Below are positions 8,507 to 17,753 of a stretch of 64,000 bases of DNA, one piece after another. A program made the translations under genes and the position numbers. The notes below the pieces were generated by a model, which was not told the DNA's origin, ran no database searches, and was given only the letters and a program-made list of their open reading frames with translations. This DNA comes from an uncultured Candidatus Berkelbacteria bacterium (GTDB lineage: Bacteria > Patescibacteriota > UBA1384 > XYA2-FULL-43-10 > CAINNR01), in assembly GCA_903851235.1 (NCBI GenBank), contig CAINNR010000001.1, positions 22,432 to 86,431 on the forward strand, written 5' to 3'. Position 1 is the stretch's first letter. Each line of letters begins with the position of its first letter.

Positions 8507-9796
8507 TTATTCAACAAAGGTCAAAGCTTGACCGGATTTGTCACCACGACCAGTTCGACCGATTCGGTGGCAGTAATCGTCGTAGGTATTTGGAATTGTG
8601 TAATTGATAACGTGTGAAATGTTGCCAATGTCTAACCCGCGAGCAGCGACATCGGTCGCGACCAAGATTTTGCAACTGTTGTTGCGAAAAGCGGTCAATG
8701 ATCGTTCTCGCTGACTTTGGCGTTTATTGCCATGAATTGACTCGGCGCGGTGACCGTGGCTTGAGAGGTCCAATGCCAATTTTTCAACATCTCTTTTTGT
8801 TTCGGTGAATATTAGAACTTTGGTTAGCTCCGGCTGATTTAATAGATCTTGGAGCTTGTCGAATTTTTCCGATTTGTCCCTTACCCGAACGATATCCTGC
8901 AAAATGTTGGCCGCCGTGTCACCGGTTTTGACTGCAACAGTTACCGGATTGTTCAGGTATTGCGTCACCAAATTCTTGATTTTTATTGGCAAAGTGGCAG
9001 AGAAAAACAAAGCTTGTCGCTTTGGCGGCAAAACATTGAGGATGTTGGTTATCTCCTCAACAAATCCCATATCAAGCATTCGATCGACTTCGTCCAAAAC
9101 TATGTTTTGAAATGATGAAAATCTGATCAAACCTCTGTCGGATAAATCTCTTAACCTTCCGGGCGTTCCAATGACAAAACTGTAATTTCTTCGTAGATTT
9201 TGAATTTGTCGGCTAATCGGTGTGCCACCAACACAAACAACGGAGAAGATTCCCATTCCGTTGGCGAATTTTCGAAATTCATTGTCAATCTGAATCGCCA
9301 GCTCTCTTGTCGGAGCAATGATTATCGTTTTTTGATACTTATTATTATAGATCTTCTCGATAAGTGGCAGCAAAAAAGCGGCGGTTTTGCCGGTGCCGGT
9401 GTTTGCCAAACCGATCAAATCTCGTCCCTGCATAATCGGTTTAATCGCCCCGTCCTGAATCGGCGTCGGTGCCAAATATGCTCTATGGTCCAAATTTCTT
9501 TGCAATTCTGGGCAAAAACCGAAATCTCGGAAAAGATTTTCGGCTTTATAATCACCGGATTGGCTCATAGGTACCGAGCGCATAATGAATTTTGAGATAT
9601 CAATGTTTTCACCGCGCTGCCGACGAGCCGGTCGTTGTCGTGAGTTGCTTTGCTGAGAGGAACTAAATCTCTTTGGCCCGGATCCGCTCAGCGGTCGGTT
9701 TCCAAAACTGCTTCTTCGTGATCCAAAATTGCTTCTGGTACTGTTTCTTCCGTACATAAAATCTTTCCGCAACGAGAAAAATAATCCCGTCGTCAT
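8507..9796 (-). CDS. DEAD-box ATP-dependent RNA helicase with Arg/Ser/Gly-rich N-terminal extension
   Basis: Q-motif, AxTGTGKT, DEVD, SAT and HRIGRTGR motifs. About 80 aa of R/S/G-rich sequence precede the core, so the true start is uncertain. Confidence 0.9.
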   Translation of the reverse strand: MTTGLFFSLRKDFMYGRNSTRSNFGSRRSSFGNRPLSGSGPKRFSSSQQSNSRQRPARRQRGENIDISKFIMRSVPMSQSGDYKAENLFRDFGFCPELQRNLDHRAYLAPTPIQDGAIKPIMQGRDLIGLANTGTGKTAAFLLPLIEKIYNNKYQKTIIIAPTRELAIQIDNEFRKFANGMGIFSVVCVGGTPISRQIQNLRRNYSFVIGTPGRLRDLSDRGLIRFSSFQNIVLDEVDRMLDMGFVEEITNILNVLPPKRQALFFSATLPIKIKNLVTQYLNNPVTVAVKTGDTAANILQDIVRVRDKSEKFDKLQDLLNQPELTKVLIFTETKRDVEKLALDLSSHGHRAESIHGNKRQSQRERSLTAFRNNSCKILVATDVAARGLDIGNISHVINYTIPNTYDDYCHRIGRTGRGDKSGQALTFVE

Positions 9797-9909
9797 GTTT
9801 AATTATTTCGTGCTGCCGGCCTGACATCAAATTAATGTCGGCTATTGCTGCAATAGAACGTCGAAATAATTTCTTTCGGAAATCTATAGAACAATATTTA
9901 ACAACTATT

Positions 9910-9938
9910 TAACTATATCATAAGAATAGAATAAATGC
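9910..9938 (-). promoter_or_regulatory. predicted sigma70-type promoter of the helicase gene
   Basis: On the minus strand, TTGCAT-17nt-TATAGT. The -10 box lies about 115 nt upstream of the first ATG, giving a long leader containing a bulged 8-bp hairpin. Confidence 0.4.
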
Positions 9939-9963
9939 AAGCGTTTTTGCAATAACCGTTTAC

Positions 9964-10023
9964 TCGTCATTCCCGCGAAAGCGGGAATCTACTATTAATG
10001 GATTCCGGATCAAGTCCGGAATG
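9964..10023. promoter_or_regulatory. tandem perfect 8-bp GC-rich hairpins (ATTCCCGC-GAAA-GCGGGAAT and ATTCCGGA-TCAAG-TCCGGAAT) closed by a GTC/GAC stem
   Basis: Seen directly in the sequence. Stands out in an AT-rich intergenic region, just upstream of the helicase -35 box. Confidence 0.4.
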
Positions 10024-10152
10024 ACAATTGAAACCGACAGCTATATTTTGCATTAGAGCGATAATTATTTTAATAGTTTTTAAAAAAAGCTCCTGCATTA
10101 GCCGTGTTGGCCAACATCGCAGAAGCTTGGGGATTTAGTCAATTTCTTAGTA

Positions 10153-10689
10153 TCAATTTACGGCGACCATCTGCACCATTTGACTATCTTCCCTCCAACC
10201 GCAGTCTAAGAAGCACAAATTCTTCATCCAACGAGAGGTGTAGATATTCCACTGAACGTAAACGATATAGAATTCATTGTGTTTATTCCGGATGGCAGTG
10301 CCAGTGAAGACAAAGCATTTGTCTTTCCAACCATCAGGAATCTTTTCTGTTTGGCGCATCAACGCGTTAGCCGCGCGAAGACCAGCACGGTTGCCAATCT
10401 CGATCGTTCGGTTGAAAGCTATTTCGCCATCAATATAGGTATCGCCAAGAATTTCCTTATCATTCAATACAGGTACGAGACTGAGTGTTACAAGGCCATC
10501 CTGTTCTTCGACGCTCATTGAGCTGTCAATCTCGTAAACAGTGGCAACCAAATTGTCGTCCTCTGGTAAAATCTCAATGACAATTCCAGCTGTGGCTACG
10601 GCGTCTGACATGACGAGCGCCCCTTCCAGAGGTTGGGATTCAATCCGATAACCACTTGAAATATAGCAAAAAAATAACCTGTTTGTCAA
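10153..10689 (-). CDS. hypothetical protein (GC-elevated; start ambiguous)
   Basis: 178-aa ORF at ~47% GC. No family recognised. Confidence 0.4.
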   Translation of the reverse strand: MTNRLFFCYISSGYRIESQPLEGALVMSDAVATAGIVIEILPEDDNLVATVYEIDSSMSVEEQDGLVTLSLVPVLNDKEILGDTYIDGEIAFNRTIEIGNRAGLRAANALMRQTEKIPDGWKDKCFVFTGTAIRNKHNEFYIVYVQWNIYTSRWMKNLCFLDCGWREDSQMVQMVAVN

Positions 10690-10763
10690 TGGAAAATATT
10701 ATGCAATTGATTTTTTTAATCAATTTGCTACAATCAAGTAAATAATTAGTTTTAGGGAGAATT

Positions 10764-10997
10764 ATGGCAAAAGATGAAGAGACAATGAAAGATTGCAAGG
10801 AGTGGAAGCATCATCACCATCACGGTCACCGAGGCGGTGGAATGGGTGGTGGAATTTATGGAATGGCATTTATTGGCGCTGCGGTTTACTTTGTTCAACA
10901 CTCGGCAACCTTTTGGATGGGTGTTTTAGGTATTCTAAAAGCAATCATTTGGCCGGCTATGATTATTTACAAAGTCTTGGGGATTCTTCATTTTTAG
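10764..10997 (+). CDS. small His-rich membrane protein (HHHHHGH then Gly-rich, 2 TM helices)
   Basis: SD agggaga. His-rich N-terminus followed by two hydrophobic helices. Confidence 0.5.
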   Translation: MAKDEETMKDCKEWKHHHHHGHRGGGMGGGIYGMAFIGAAVYFVQHSATFWMGVLGILKAIIWPAMIIYKVLGILHF

Positions 10998-11080
10998 TTG
11001 GAATTTCTTTTGATTAATTCAGAAAAAATACTGTTGGGGAGAAAAGATAATTCCATATTAATTATTTTTGTCAAAATGTG

Positions 11081-11109
11081 TTGACGAGCGGTTTTTTTTA
11101 TGCTAATAT
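11081..11109 (+). promoter_or_regulatory. sigma70-like promoter upstream of infA
   Basis: TTGACG-17nt-TAATAT. Confidence 0.5.
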
Positions 11110-11116
11110 TGACTAG

Positions 11117-11344
11117 ATGAGCGAACACGAAGTAATTATTGTTGAGGGCACGGTTGAAGAGTCTTTGCCGAATTCAACCTTTATGGTTAAGCTATCATCC
11201 GATCAAACAATTTTGGCATATCTTTCAGGCAGAATGAGAAAAAATTTCATCAAAGTCATGCCTGGTGACAAAGTCAAAATTGAACTTACGCCATATGATT
11301 TGACCAAAGGCAGAATTGTCTCCCGTGAAAAAATCACATATTAA
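11117..11344 (+). CDS. infA: translation initiation factor IF-1
   Basis: S1-like IF-1 sequence (...[33 protein letters not shown]). Confidence 0.93.
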   Translation: MSEHEVIIVEGTVEESLPNSTFMVKLSSDQTILAYLSGRMRKNFIKVMPGDKVKIELTPYDLTKGRIVSREKITY

Positions 11345-11424
11345 CGCAAGCGTTAAAGGGGGCGTATTTTAGCTTTTCCGTGGCGCAGATGTGAAAATTA
11401 TCAGTGAATAGAATCATTGTTATT

Positions 11425-11571
11425 ATGAAAGTCCAAGCTTCAGTTAAAAAAATCTGTAGTCGATGCAAAATCGTAACCAGAAAAAAGAAAAACAGTTCGA
11501 CATCCGCAACCTTACATCGAACACTGTTTTGCATTTGCTCCAACCCGAAACATAAACAGAGACAAGGATAA
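11425..11571 (+). CDS. rpmJ: 50S ribosomal protein L36, 48 aa with a ~10-aa internal insertion
   Basis: [17 protein letters not shown]...[13 protein letters not shown]. Not in the ORF track because it is under 60 aa. Canonical infA-rpmJ-rpsM position. Confidence 0.85.
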   Translation: MKVQASVKKICSRCKIVTRKKKNSSTSATLHRTLFCICSNPKHKQRQG

Positions 11572-11573
11572 TT

Positions 11574-11960
11574 ATGGTCCGACTGGCCGGAAATGAAATT
11601 CCAAACGATAAAAGAATCGAAATTGCATTAACCTATATTTTTGGCATCGGTTTAACTTCAAGCCAGAAAATATTGGCATCAGCAAAAATCGATCCGAATA
11701 TTCGCGCCAACAAATTGGCAGCAGAGGAACTTGAACGCATTCGCCAAATTATTAACAAAGATTATAAAATTGAGGGCGATCTGCGAACCGAAGTTAGCCA
11801 GAATATCAAACGACTGAAAGAAATTGGAACGTATCGCGGTGGCCGTCACACGCGTGGGTTGCCGGTTCGAGGACAGCAAACTCAAACCAATGCCCGCACA
11901 AAGCGAGGCAAAAAGGTTACTGTTGGCTCGGGCCGAAAGAAATCAGCGGAAAAAACCTAA
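11574..11960 (+). CDS. rpsM: 30S ribosomal protein S13
   Basis: S13 family sequence. Confidence 0.95.
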   Translation: MVRLAGNEIPNDKRIEIALTYIFGIGLTSSQKILASAKIDPNIRANKLAAEELERIRQIINKDYKIEGDLRTEVSQNIKRLKEIGTYRGGRHTRGLPVRGQQTQTNARTKRGKKVTVGSGRKKSAEKT

Positions 11961-12060
11961 ACAGAAAACAATAACCAAGAGATAAGAAACAAACAAATTT
12001 CAATATTCTATTTCAAATTTCCAAAATTGTTTGTAACTTGTATCATTAAACTTAGACAAA

Positions 12061-12456
12061 ATGGCAACAAATACAATCAAAGCAATCAAAAAGAAAAAAG
12101 TTTTACAACCGGTTACTTCCGGAAGTGTTTATATACAATCATCTTTCAATAATACAATCGTCACTGTTACCGATGACAAGGGTGGGGTTATCGCTTGGGC
12201 ATCAGCCGGATCGATCGGTTTTAAGGGGGCTAAAAAATCAACACCTTACGCCGCTTCGCTTGCAGCATCGGCAGCGATCGAAAAGGCCAAGCTCCGAGGT
12301 TTACGAAAAGCCGATATTTTTGTTTCCGGCGTCGGCTCCGGTCGAGATTCGGCGATTAGAGCTTTCCACTCAGCCAGTATTGAAGTTGATAAAATTCAGG
12401 ACGTTACACCAATGGCGCACAACGGATGTCGTCGGAAGAAAGTTCGAAGAGTTTAG
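12061..12456 (+). CDS. rpsK: 30S ribosomal protein S11
   Basis: S11 family sequence. Confidence 0.95.
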   Translation: MATNTIKAIKKKKVLQPVTSGSVYIQSSFNNTIVTVTDDKGGVIAWASAGSIGFKGAKKSTPYAASLAASAAIEKAKLRGLRKADIFVSGVGSGRDSAIRAFHSASIEVDKIQDVTPMAHNGCRRKKVRRV

Positions 12457-12521
12457 TCATTATTTGTAATTTCGTTTAATTTGCCCACAGGGTCAATATA
12501 ACTTGGAAGGAGCCGTAAGGC

Positions 12522-13115
12522 ATGAATCACGGATGTAGAAAATGTCGGCGAGAGGGTATCAAACTTTTCCTAAAAGGCGAAAAGTGTTTTTTGCCTAAGT
12601 GTCCGGTTGCCACACGGCCTTTCCCCCCGGGGCAGCATGGTCCGTCATCATACACCAAACTTTCGGAATATGGAAAACAGCTTCGTGAAAAACAAAAAGT
12701 CCGAAAGATTTACGGTATTTCCGAAACACAATTGAGAAATTATTATAAAAAAGCTTCGAGTAAGACCGGTGATACCAGCGAAAATCTAATCCAACTCTTG
12801 GAGAGCCGACTGGATTCAATCATTTATCGGCTTGGCGTTTCGCCTTCAAAATCAACTGTAAGACAGATGGTTAGCCACCAATTCTTTAAAGTTAACGGTC
12901 GCATTGTTAATATTGCTTCGCATTTGATTACACTGAAACATGAAATTTCAATCAATGAGAACAAGAGCGTTAAATTCGAAAGCAATACTAATTTACCATC
13001 GTGGATCAGCTTAGATGCCAAAACATCTCGCGTTAAACTGAAAAATCTGCCGAATAAAAGTGAAATTGAGCTGCCATTTGATGTTAATTTGGTTATTGAA
13101 TATTATTCCCGATAA
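12522..13115 (+). CDS. rpsD: 30S ribosomal protein S4 (Zn-ribbon form)
   Basis: N-terminal CRKCRREG...CFLPKC and the S4 RNA-binding domain. Confidence 0.95.
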   Translation: MNHGCRKCRREGIKLFLKGEKCFLPKCPVATRPFPPGQHGPSSYTKLSEYGKQLREKQKVRKIYGISETQLRNYYKKASSKTGDTSENLIQLLESRLDSIIYRLGVSPSKSTVRQMVSHQFFKVNGRIVNIASHLITLKHEISINENKSVKFESNTNLPSWISLDAKTSRVKLKNLPNKSEIELPFDVNLVIEYYSR

Positions 13116-13227
13116 AATAATATGAAAATCTAATTCAGATCACTGACGCAGATTAATGCTGATGAAATTCTAATCAGCAATACTGATCAGTGTAAGAATT
13201 ACTAACAAGATAAAATAAGGAGTGACT

Positions 13228-14166
13228 ATGATTCCGGAAAATGAAATCCCAAAAATTTTAGAAAAAGTTGTAGATGAAACAAAATCGTTTTTTAGTATTG
13301 AGCCTCTTTTGCCTGGATACGGCGCAACAATGGGTAACGCACTGCGTCGTGTTTTGCTTTCATCACTTCCAGGAACGGCAATATCCTCAATCAAACTTGA
13401 CGGCGTTGCTCATGAATTTTCGGCAATTCCCCATGTAAAAGAAGACATGATTGAAATTATTATGAATTTACGCAAAGTTAATTTCAAATCCTATTCGGAT
13501 GAGCCGGTTACTGCAACTTTGGTTGCCAAAGGTCCGAAGGTTATCACCGCTGCCGAATTTAAAATGTCAGCAAATGTTGAAATTCTAAATCCAACTCAGT
13601 ACATTGCAACACTGGATAAAAATGCTGATTTTGACTTAGAAGTGACTTTGGAAGTTGGCCGCGGGTTTCGCCCAACCGAGGAGAGAGAAATTGATAAAAC
13701 CGACCTCGGCCGAATTTCAATCGATAGCGTTTTCTCGCCTGTCAAGCTTATTAATTTCAAAATTGAAAACACCCGCGTCGGGCAGATGACCAACTATGAC
13801 AAAATCGAATTGGAAATCGTCACCAACGGCGCAATTTCTCCCCGCGATGCTTTGACTCAAGCCGGAAAAATTCTTGTTCACCACTTTAATTACATCGCCG
13901 AAGGCAAACCATACACCAGTGAAGAGATTGAAACCGAAGACGAGAATATTGAATCAGATGTTAAATCAACTACTTCACTTGCTGATGTTGATCCGAAAAC
14001 CAAAGTCACCGAGTTAGGTCTTTCTGCTAGAACCGTTAACGCTTTGGTCAATTCAGGCATAAAGACTGTCGCTGGCTTAAAACGATTGTCAGATCTTAAG
14101 CTTTCCGAAGTCAAAGGATTGGGTAAAAAAGGTTTTGATGAAATTAGAGAATTTTTGGAAAAATAA
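13228..14166 (+). CDS. rpoA: DNA-directed RNA polymerase subunit alpha
   Basis: N-terminal domain, C-terminal domain and linker all recognisable. ATG lies 6 nt after an aaggag SD. The track's GTG start 6 nt upstream is less likely. Confidence 0.93.
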   Translation: MIPENEIPKILEKVVDETKSFFSIEPLLPGYGATMGNALRRVLLSSLPGTAISSIKLDGVAHEFSAIPHVKEDMIEIIMNLRKVNFKSYSDEPVTATLVAKGPKVITAAEFKMSANVEILNPTQYIATLDKNADFDLEVTLEVGRGFRPTEEREIDKTDLGRISIDSVFSPVKLINFKIENTRVGQMTNYDKIELEIVTNGAISPRDALTQAGKILVHHFNYIAEGKPYTSEEIETEDENIESDVKSTTSLADVDPKTKVTELGLSARTVNALVNSGIKTVAGLKRLSDLKLSEVKGLGKKGFDEIREFLEK

Positions 14167-14169
14167 ATT

Positions 14170-14700
14170 ATGCCAAGAAAACTGGGAAGAAAAATTGGAC
14201 ACCGAAAATCACTGATGCGTAATTTAGCCGCTTCTTTGGTTTTGTATGAAAAGATAGAGACAACTGAAGCCAAAGCCAAGGATGTTAAATCCTATGTTGA
14301 ACACCTGATCAGCATTTCAAAAGCCGGTGACTTGGCCGCTTATCGAAAACTTCTGGCCTATTTTTACGACAAAAATGCCGCCAAAAAGGTTTTTGAGGAG
14401 TTGTCAAAACGCTATGCCGAGCGCCCATCGGGTTTTATCCGCTTATATCACATTGACAATCGTTTGGGCGATAATTCAAAAATGATTCGCCTTGAGCTTG
14501 TTGATCGAAAAGTTTTTGCTGCCCCGAAAAAAGTCGTAACCGCAAAAGCCGACGACAAAGATAATGTTGTCGATGAGAAATTGGCTAAAAATGAAATTAA
14601 AGCTCAAAAGAAGCTGGAAAAACTCTCCGCCACATCGACTAAAAGCGGTGTTATTACTTCTGTCAGATCGAAGGCCGGCAGAAAAGCTGGAGATAAATAA
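14170..14700 (+). CDS. rplQ: 50S ribosomal protein L17 with Lys-rich C-terminal extension
   Basis: L17 core plus a tail of about 60 aa rich in K, A and E. Confidence 0.93.
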   Translation: MPRKLGRKIGHRKSLMRNLAASLVLYEKIETTEAKAKDVKSYVEHLISISKAGDLAAYRKLLAYFYDKNAAKKVFEELSKRYAERPSGFIRLYHIDNRLGDNSKMIRLELVDRKVFAAPKKVVTAKADDKDNVVDEKLAKNEIKAQKKLEKLSATSTKSGVITSVRSKAGRKAGDK

Positions 14701-15107
14701 TGAATGAATATATATTCTATTTAATTGACGCTAGCCAGCAACCAGTTGGACGACTTTCAACCCAAGCGGCAGTTTTGCTGATGGGAAAAAACGATCCAAA
14801 CTACGCGCCAAACATTGTCGCCAACAGTATTGTGATTGTCATTAACAGTGATAAACTGTATCTAACCGGAACCAAAGAACTGTCAAAAAAATACTATCGT
14901 CACTCCGGTTATCCGGGAGGAATTAAAGAAACCGATTTTGCCGATTTAAAGAAAACCGATTCAACCGAAATTGTTAAAAAATCAATCCGCGGTATGATTC
15001 CACACAATCGTTTGGAATCGGAGCTTTTGAAACATCTGAAAATTTTTAAAGGTAATGAACATCCTTTCAGCAAAGAAAAATTAGTCGAGGTAAATAATGG
15101 CAAATAA
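14700..15107 (+). CDS. rplM: 50S ribosomal protein L13
   Basis: L13 family sequence. Confidence 0.93.
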   Translation: MNEYIFYLIDASQQPVGRLSTQAAVLLMGKNDPNYAPNIVANSIVIVINSDKLYLTGTKELSKKYYRHSGYPGGIKETDFADLKKTDSTEIVKKSIRGMIPHNRLESELLKHLKIFKGNEHPFSKEKLVEVNNGK

Positions 15108-15474
15108 TCTAAAGTATTATTACGGAACCGGACGAAGAAAAACCGCTGTCGCGCGAGTTAGAATTTTTGCCGGCAATGGCAAAACAGTCGTCAACGACAA
15201 AGAAATTGTTTTGCCCGACGTGGTTTTGGAGCCCCTAAAACTTGTTGGGAAACTTGAGTCATTTGATATTTCGGTTAAAGTCAACGGTGGCGGCAAAGAG
15301 GGCCAGCTGGACGCAATTCGCCATGGCATTTCTCGAGCCTTAATTGTATTAAATCCGGAATTTCGCCCGCAATTGAAAAAGGTTGGATTTTTGACTCGTG
15401 ATCCACGCGAAGTCGAACGAAAGAAACCGGGTCTAAAGAAAGCCCGACGCGCTCCACAATGGTCGAAACGGTAG
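15097..15474 (+). CDS. rpsI: 30S ribosomal protein S9
   Basis: S9 family sequence with the conserved C-terminal basic residues (...[11 protein letters not shown]). Confidence 0.93.
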   Translation: MANNLKYYYGTGRRKTAVARVRIFAGNGKTVVNDKEIVLPDVVLEPLKLVGKLESFDISVKVNGGGKEGQLDAIRHGISRALIVLNPEFRPQLKKVGFLTRDPREVERKKPGLKKARRAPQWSKR

Positions 15475-15511
15475 ACATCAATTTTTAATTTTTAATTTTC
15501 AAATATATTGA

Positions 15512-15847
15512 ATGTCTGAGCGGTTAAACAAAATTAATGAATTAATAAAACAAGAGCTCTCTATGGCTTTTGTTTTTGATTTTCCCGGTGAATTTATCAC
15601 CATCAACTTTATTCACACCACAGCCGATTTGTCGCTGACAAAAATCTATGTCTCGGTAACTTCTGGACATCAATCGATCTACGATGGATTGAAAAAGAAA
15701 ACCTCGGAGTACAGAAAGCTTCTGGCTGATAAACTTGTAATTCGCAAAATCCCAAAAATTGAAATTATCAAAGATGAAATGCAATCGGAAATCGAACACA
15801 TTGAACAAATCATCGAAACCAACTCCAGTAATTTTAGCCCTGAATAA
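15512..15847 (+). CDS. rbfA: ribosome-binding factor A
   Basis: KH-like RbfA sequence. Confidence 0.8.
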   Translation: MSERLNKINELIKQELSMAFVFDFPGEFITINFIHTTADLSLTKIYVSVTSGHQSIYDGLKKKTSEYRKLLADKLVIRKIPKIEIIKDEMQSEIEHIEQIIETNSSNFSPE

Positions 15848-15864
15848 CTTTACAAGCCAGACAA

Positions 15865-16239
15865 ATGAAACTCAACAAACTCACAACCGAAGAAGAAAAT
15901 GTTATTATCAAAAAGGGGACTGAGCCGGCGTTTTCGGGCGAGTATGACAACTTTTTCAAACCGGGAATTTACATTTGTCGGCGATGTGACAACAAACTTT
16001 TTTCATCGGATGCGAAATTCAACTCCGGTTGCGGTTGGCCATCATTTGATGAATTTATTCCCGCATCGGTCAAAACAATTCCTGATGCCGACGGAACAAG
16101 AACGGAAATTGTTTGCGCAAATTGTGGCGCCCATTTGGGCCACGTTTTTACCGGCGAACACTTAACTGCCAAAGACACCCGTCATTGCGTTAATTCTCAA
16201 TCAATTAAATTTATTCCTAAAAATGACCCGCGCGATTAA
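15865..16239 (+). CDS. msrB: peptide-methionine (R)-S-oxide reductase MsrB
   Basis: CxxC...CxxC Zn site and GCGWPSF/HLGHVF motifs. Confidence 0.9.
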   Translation: MKLNKLTTEEENVIIKKGTEPAFSGEYDNFFKPGIYICRRCDNKLFSSDAKFNSGCGWPSFDEFIPASVKTIPDADGTRTEIVCANCGAHLGHVFTGEHLTAKDTRHCVNSQSIKFIPKNDPRD

Positions 16240-16334
16240 AATTCCGGTTATGCAATAACCAAATTGGAGTCTTACAGCAACTTCTATTTTGCCGCGGTGT
16301 TTATGTTAATACATTAAAAGTTTGTATACATCTA

Positions 16335-16363
16335 TTGACAAGAATTATACAAACAGCTATACT
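16335..16363 (+). promoter_or_regulatory. near-consensus sigma70 promoter of the fic gene, flanked by TTTGTATRCA repeats
   Basis: TTGACA-17nt-TATACT. Motif copies at 16319-16331 and 16361-16373 (direct) and 16346-16357 (inverted). Confidence 0.5.
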
Positions 16364-16395
16364 TTGTATGCATTAGCAAAAAGATGTAAACAAAG

Positions 16396-17550
16396 ATGCA
16401 AAAAGTTGAAATTGGAAAATTCGTGACTCAGCCAGAAGGATATAAGGCTTTTGTTCCAAACTCTTTTCCTCCAAAGAGCGATTTTGAATTTGATCAAAAG
16501 ACCAATAAAAAGTGTAATGAGGCGACAAGATTATTGGGCAAGCTCGATGGGATAACTAAATTATTGCCTGATTCAGATTTCTTTTTGCTGATGTATTTGA
16601 GGAAAGATGCCGCCTCCTCAAGTCAGATCGAGGGAACGATGGCTACAATGACTGATGTTATTGAAGCTGAAGTGAAAACCACTGGTATTTCGAAAGACGT
16701 TGGCGACATTTTGCATTATATAAAGGCACTGGATTATGGCATGGACAGAGTTATTAAGGATAATTTTCCAATTTCACTTCGATTTATTCGGGAATTACAC
16801 AAAGAATTAATGGTTAAAGCCAGAACAACTCATCACCCATATCCCGGCGAGTTTCGAAAAAGCCAAAACTGGATTGGCGGGACAAACATTGCAAATGCGC
16901 ACTTTGTAACTCCACCAGTTTTTGAAATGCATGATTCGCTTAATGATCTTGAAAAATTTATTTATGCAAACGATGAAATACTGCCTGTGATAAAAGCCGG
17001 ATTGATTCATGCCCAATTTGAGACCATCCATCCATTTTTAGATGGAAATGGCCGAACCGGTCGCATGCTGATTACTTTTTATCTATGGAAAATCGGCTTA
17101 CTGGAAAAACCGGTTTTATTTCTTTCGTCATATTTTAGAAAACACCAAGAGATCTATTATGAAAAGCTTTCAGTTTATCATAATGGTTTGGTTTCAGACT
17201 GGATAAATTTTTTCTTGGATGGTGTGGTTGAAATAGCAGGTGAAGCGATTGACATTGTCAGTAAAATTACAAAATTACGAGACAGGGATATGATGAAAAT
17301 ACAAACTCTTGGCAAGAGATCATCAGAAAGTGCTTGTATGGTTTTGCCAAAGCTATATGGCCAACCGATTGTTAACGCTTCGATTGTGCAAAAATGGACT
17401 GGCTTTACAAGAGCCGGTGCTCAAACCGTTATTGAAAGATTTATCGAATTGAATATTTTATCACCGAAAGATAAAGACATCAAGTATGGTCAATCATATG
17501 TTTACAAAGAATATCTTGATATTTTTGTCGAGGATAATAAAAATAACTAA
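16396..17550 (+). CDS. Fic family protein (AMP-transferase type) with N-terminal inhibitory motif and C-terminal wHTH
   Basis: Fic active-site motif HPFLDGNGRTGR. Upstream SSQIEG matches the [ST]xxxE[GN] inhibitory-helix motif. Confidence 0.9.
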   Translation: MQKVEIGKFVTQPEGYKAFVPNSFPPKSDFEFDQKTNKKCNEATRLLGKLDGITKLLPDSDFFLLMYLRKDAASSSQIEGTMATMTDVIEAEVKTTGISKDVGDILHYIKALDYGMDRVIKDNFPISLRFIRELHKELMVKARTTHHPYPGEFRKSQNWIGGTNIANAHFVTPPVFEMHDSLNDLEKFIYANDEILPVIKAGLIHAQFETIHPFLDGNGRTGRMLITFYLWKIGLLEKPVLFLSSYFRKHQEIYYEKLSVYHNGLVSDWINFFLDGVVEIAGEAIDIVSKITKLRDRDMMKIQTLGKRSSESACMVLPKLYGQPIVNASIVQKWTGFTRAGAQTVIERFIELNILSPKDKDIKYGQSYVYKEYLDIFVEDNKNN

Positions 17551-17555
17551 GGAGA

Positions 17556-17753
17556 ATTATCACTGACTTTGAAAAATGTAAGAAGTGTGGCAGTAAAAAC
17601 ATTGTACTAATTGAATATGCTTCCGGAGAGCCGGAGCATTACGATGGTATTAGTGAAATAGAATGCAAAGATTGCGGTGTACGAATCGGACGTTGGAGCG
17701 GCAAGAAGTTAGCGAAAGGGGAAATTGAAAACCGGTTAGGAAAAAAGAAATAG
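17556..17753 (+). CDS. possible small Zn-ribbon protein (CKKCG...CKDCG) lacking a canonical start codon
   Basis: Open frame of ~65 codons beginning 5 nt after the fic stop, in the -1 frame. Only ATT/ATC available as starts, with GGAGA just upstream. Confidence 0.3.
   Translation: MITDFEKCKKCGSKNIVLIEYASGEPEHYDGISEIECKDCGVRIGRWSGKKLAKGEIENRLGKKK

Noticed and set aside
11476-11535. Apparent +1 frameshift splitting rpmJ (L36) inside the AGAAAAAAGAAAAAC tract
   Set aside because: It arose from my own mis-reading of one base at the line break (cgaaac versus the actual cgaac). Re-reading the sequence, and cross-checking against the uninterrupted antisense ORF 11334-11543 in the provided track, shows that rpmJ is intact in a single frame.
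17576-17581. ATG at 17576 as a start for the Zn-ribbon ORF
   Set aside because: It is followed directly by TAA in its own frame. The ribbon frame has no canonical start.
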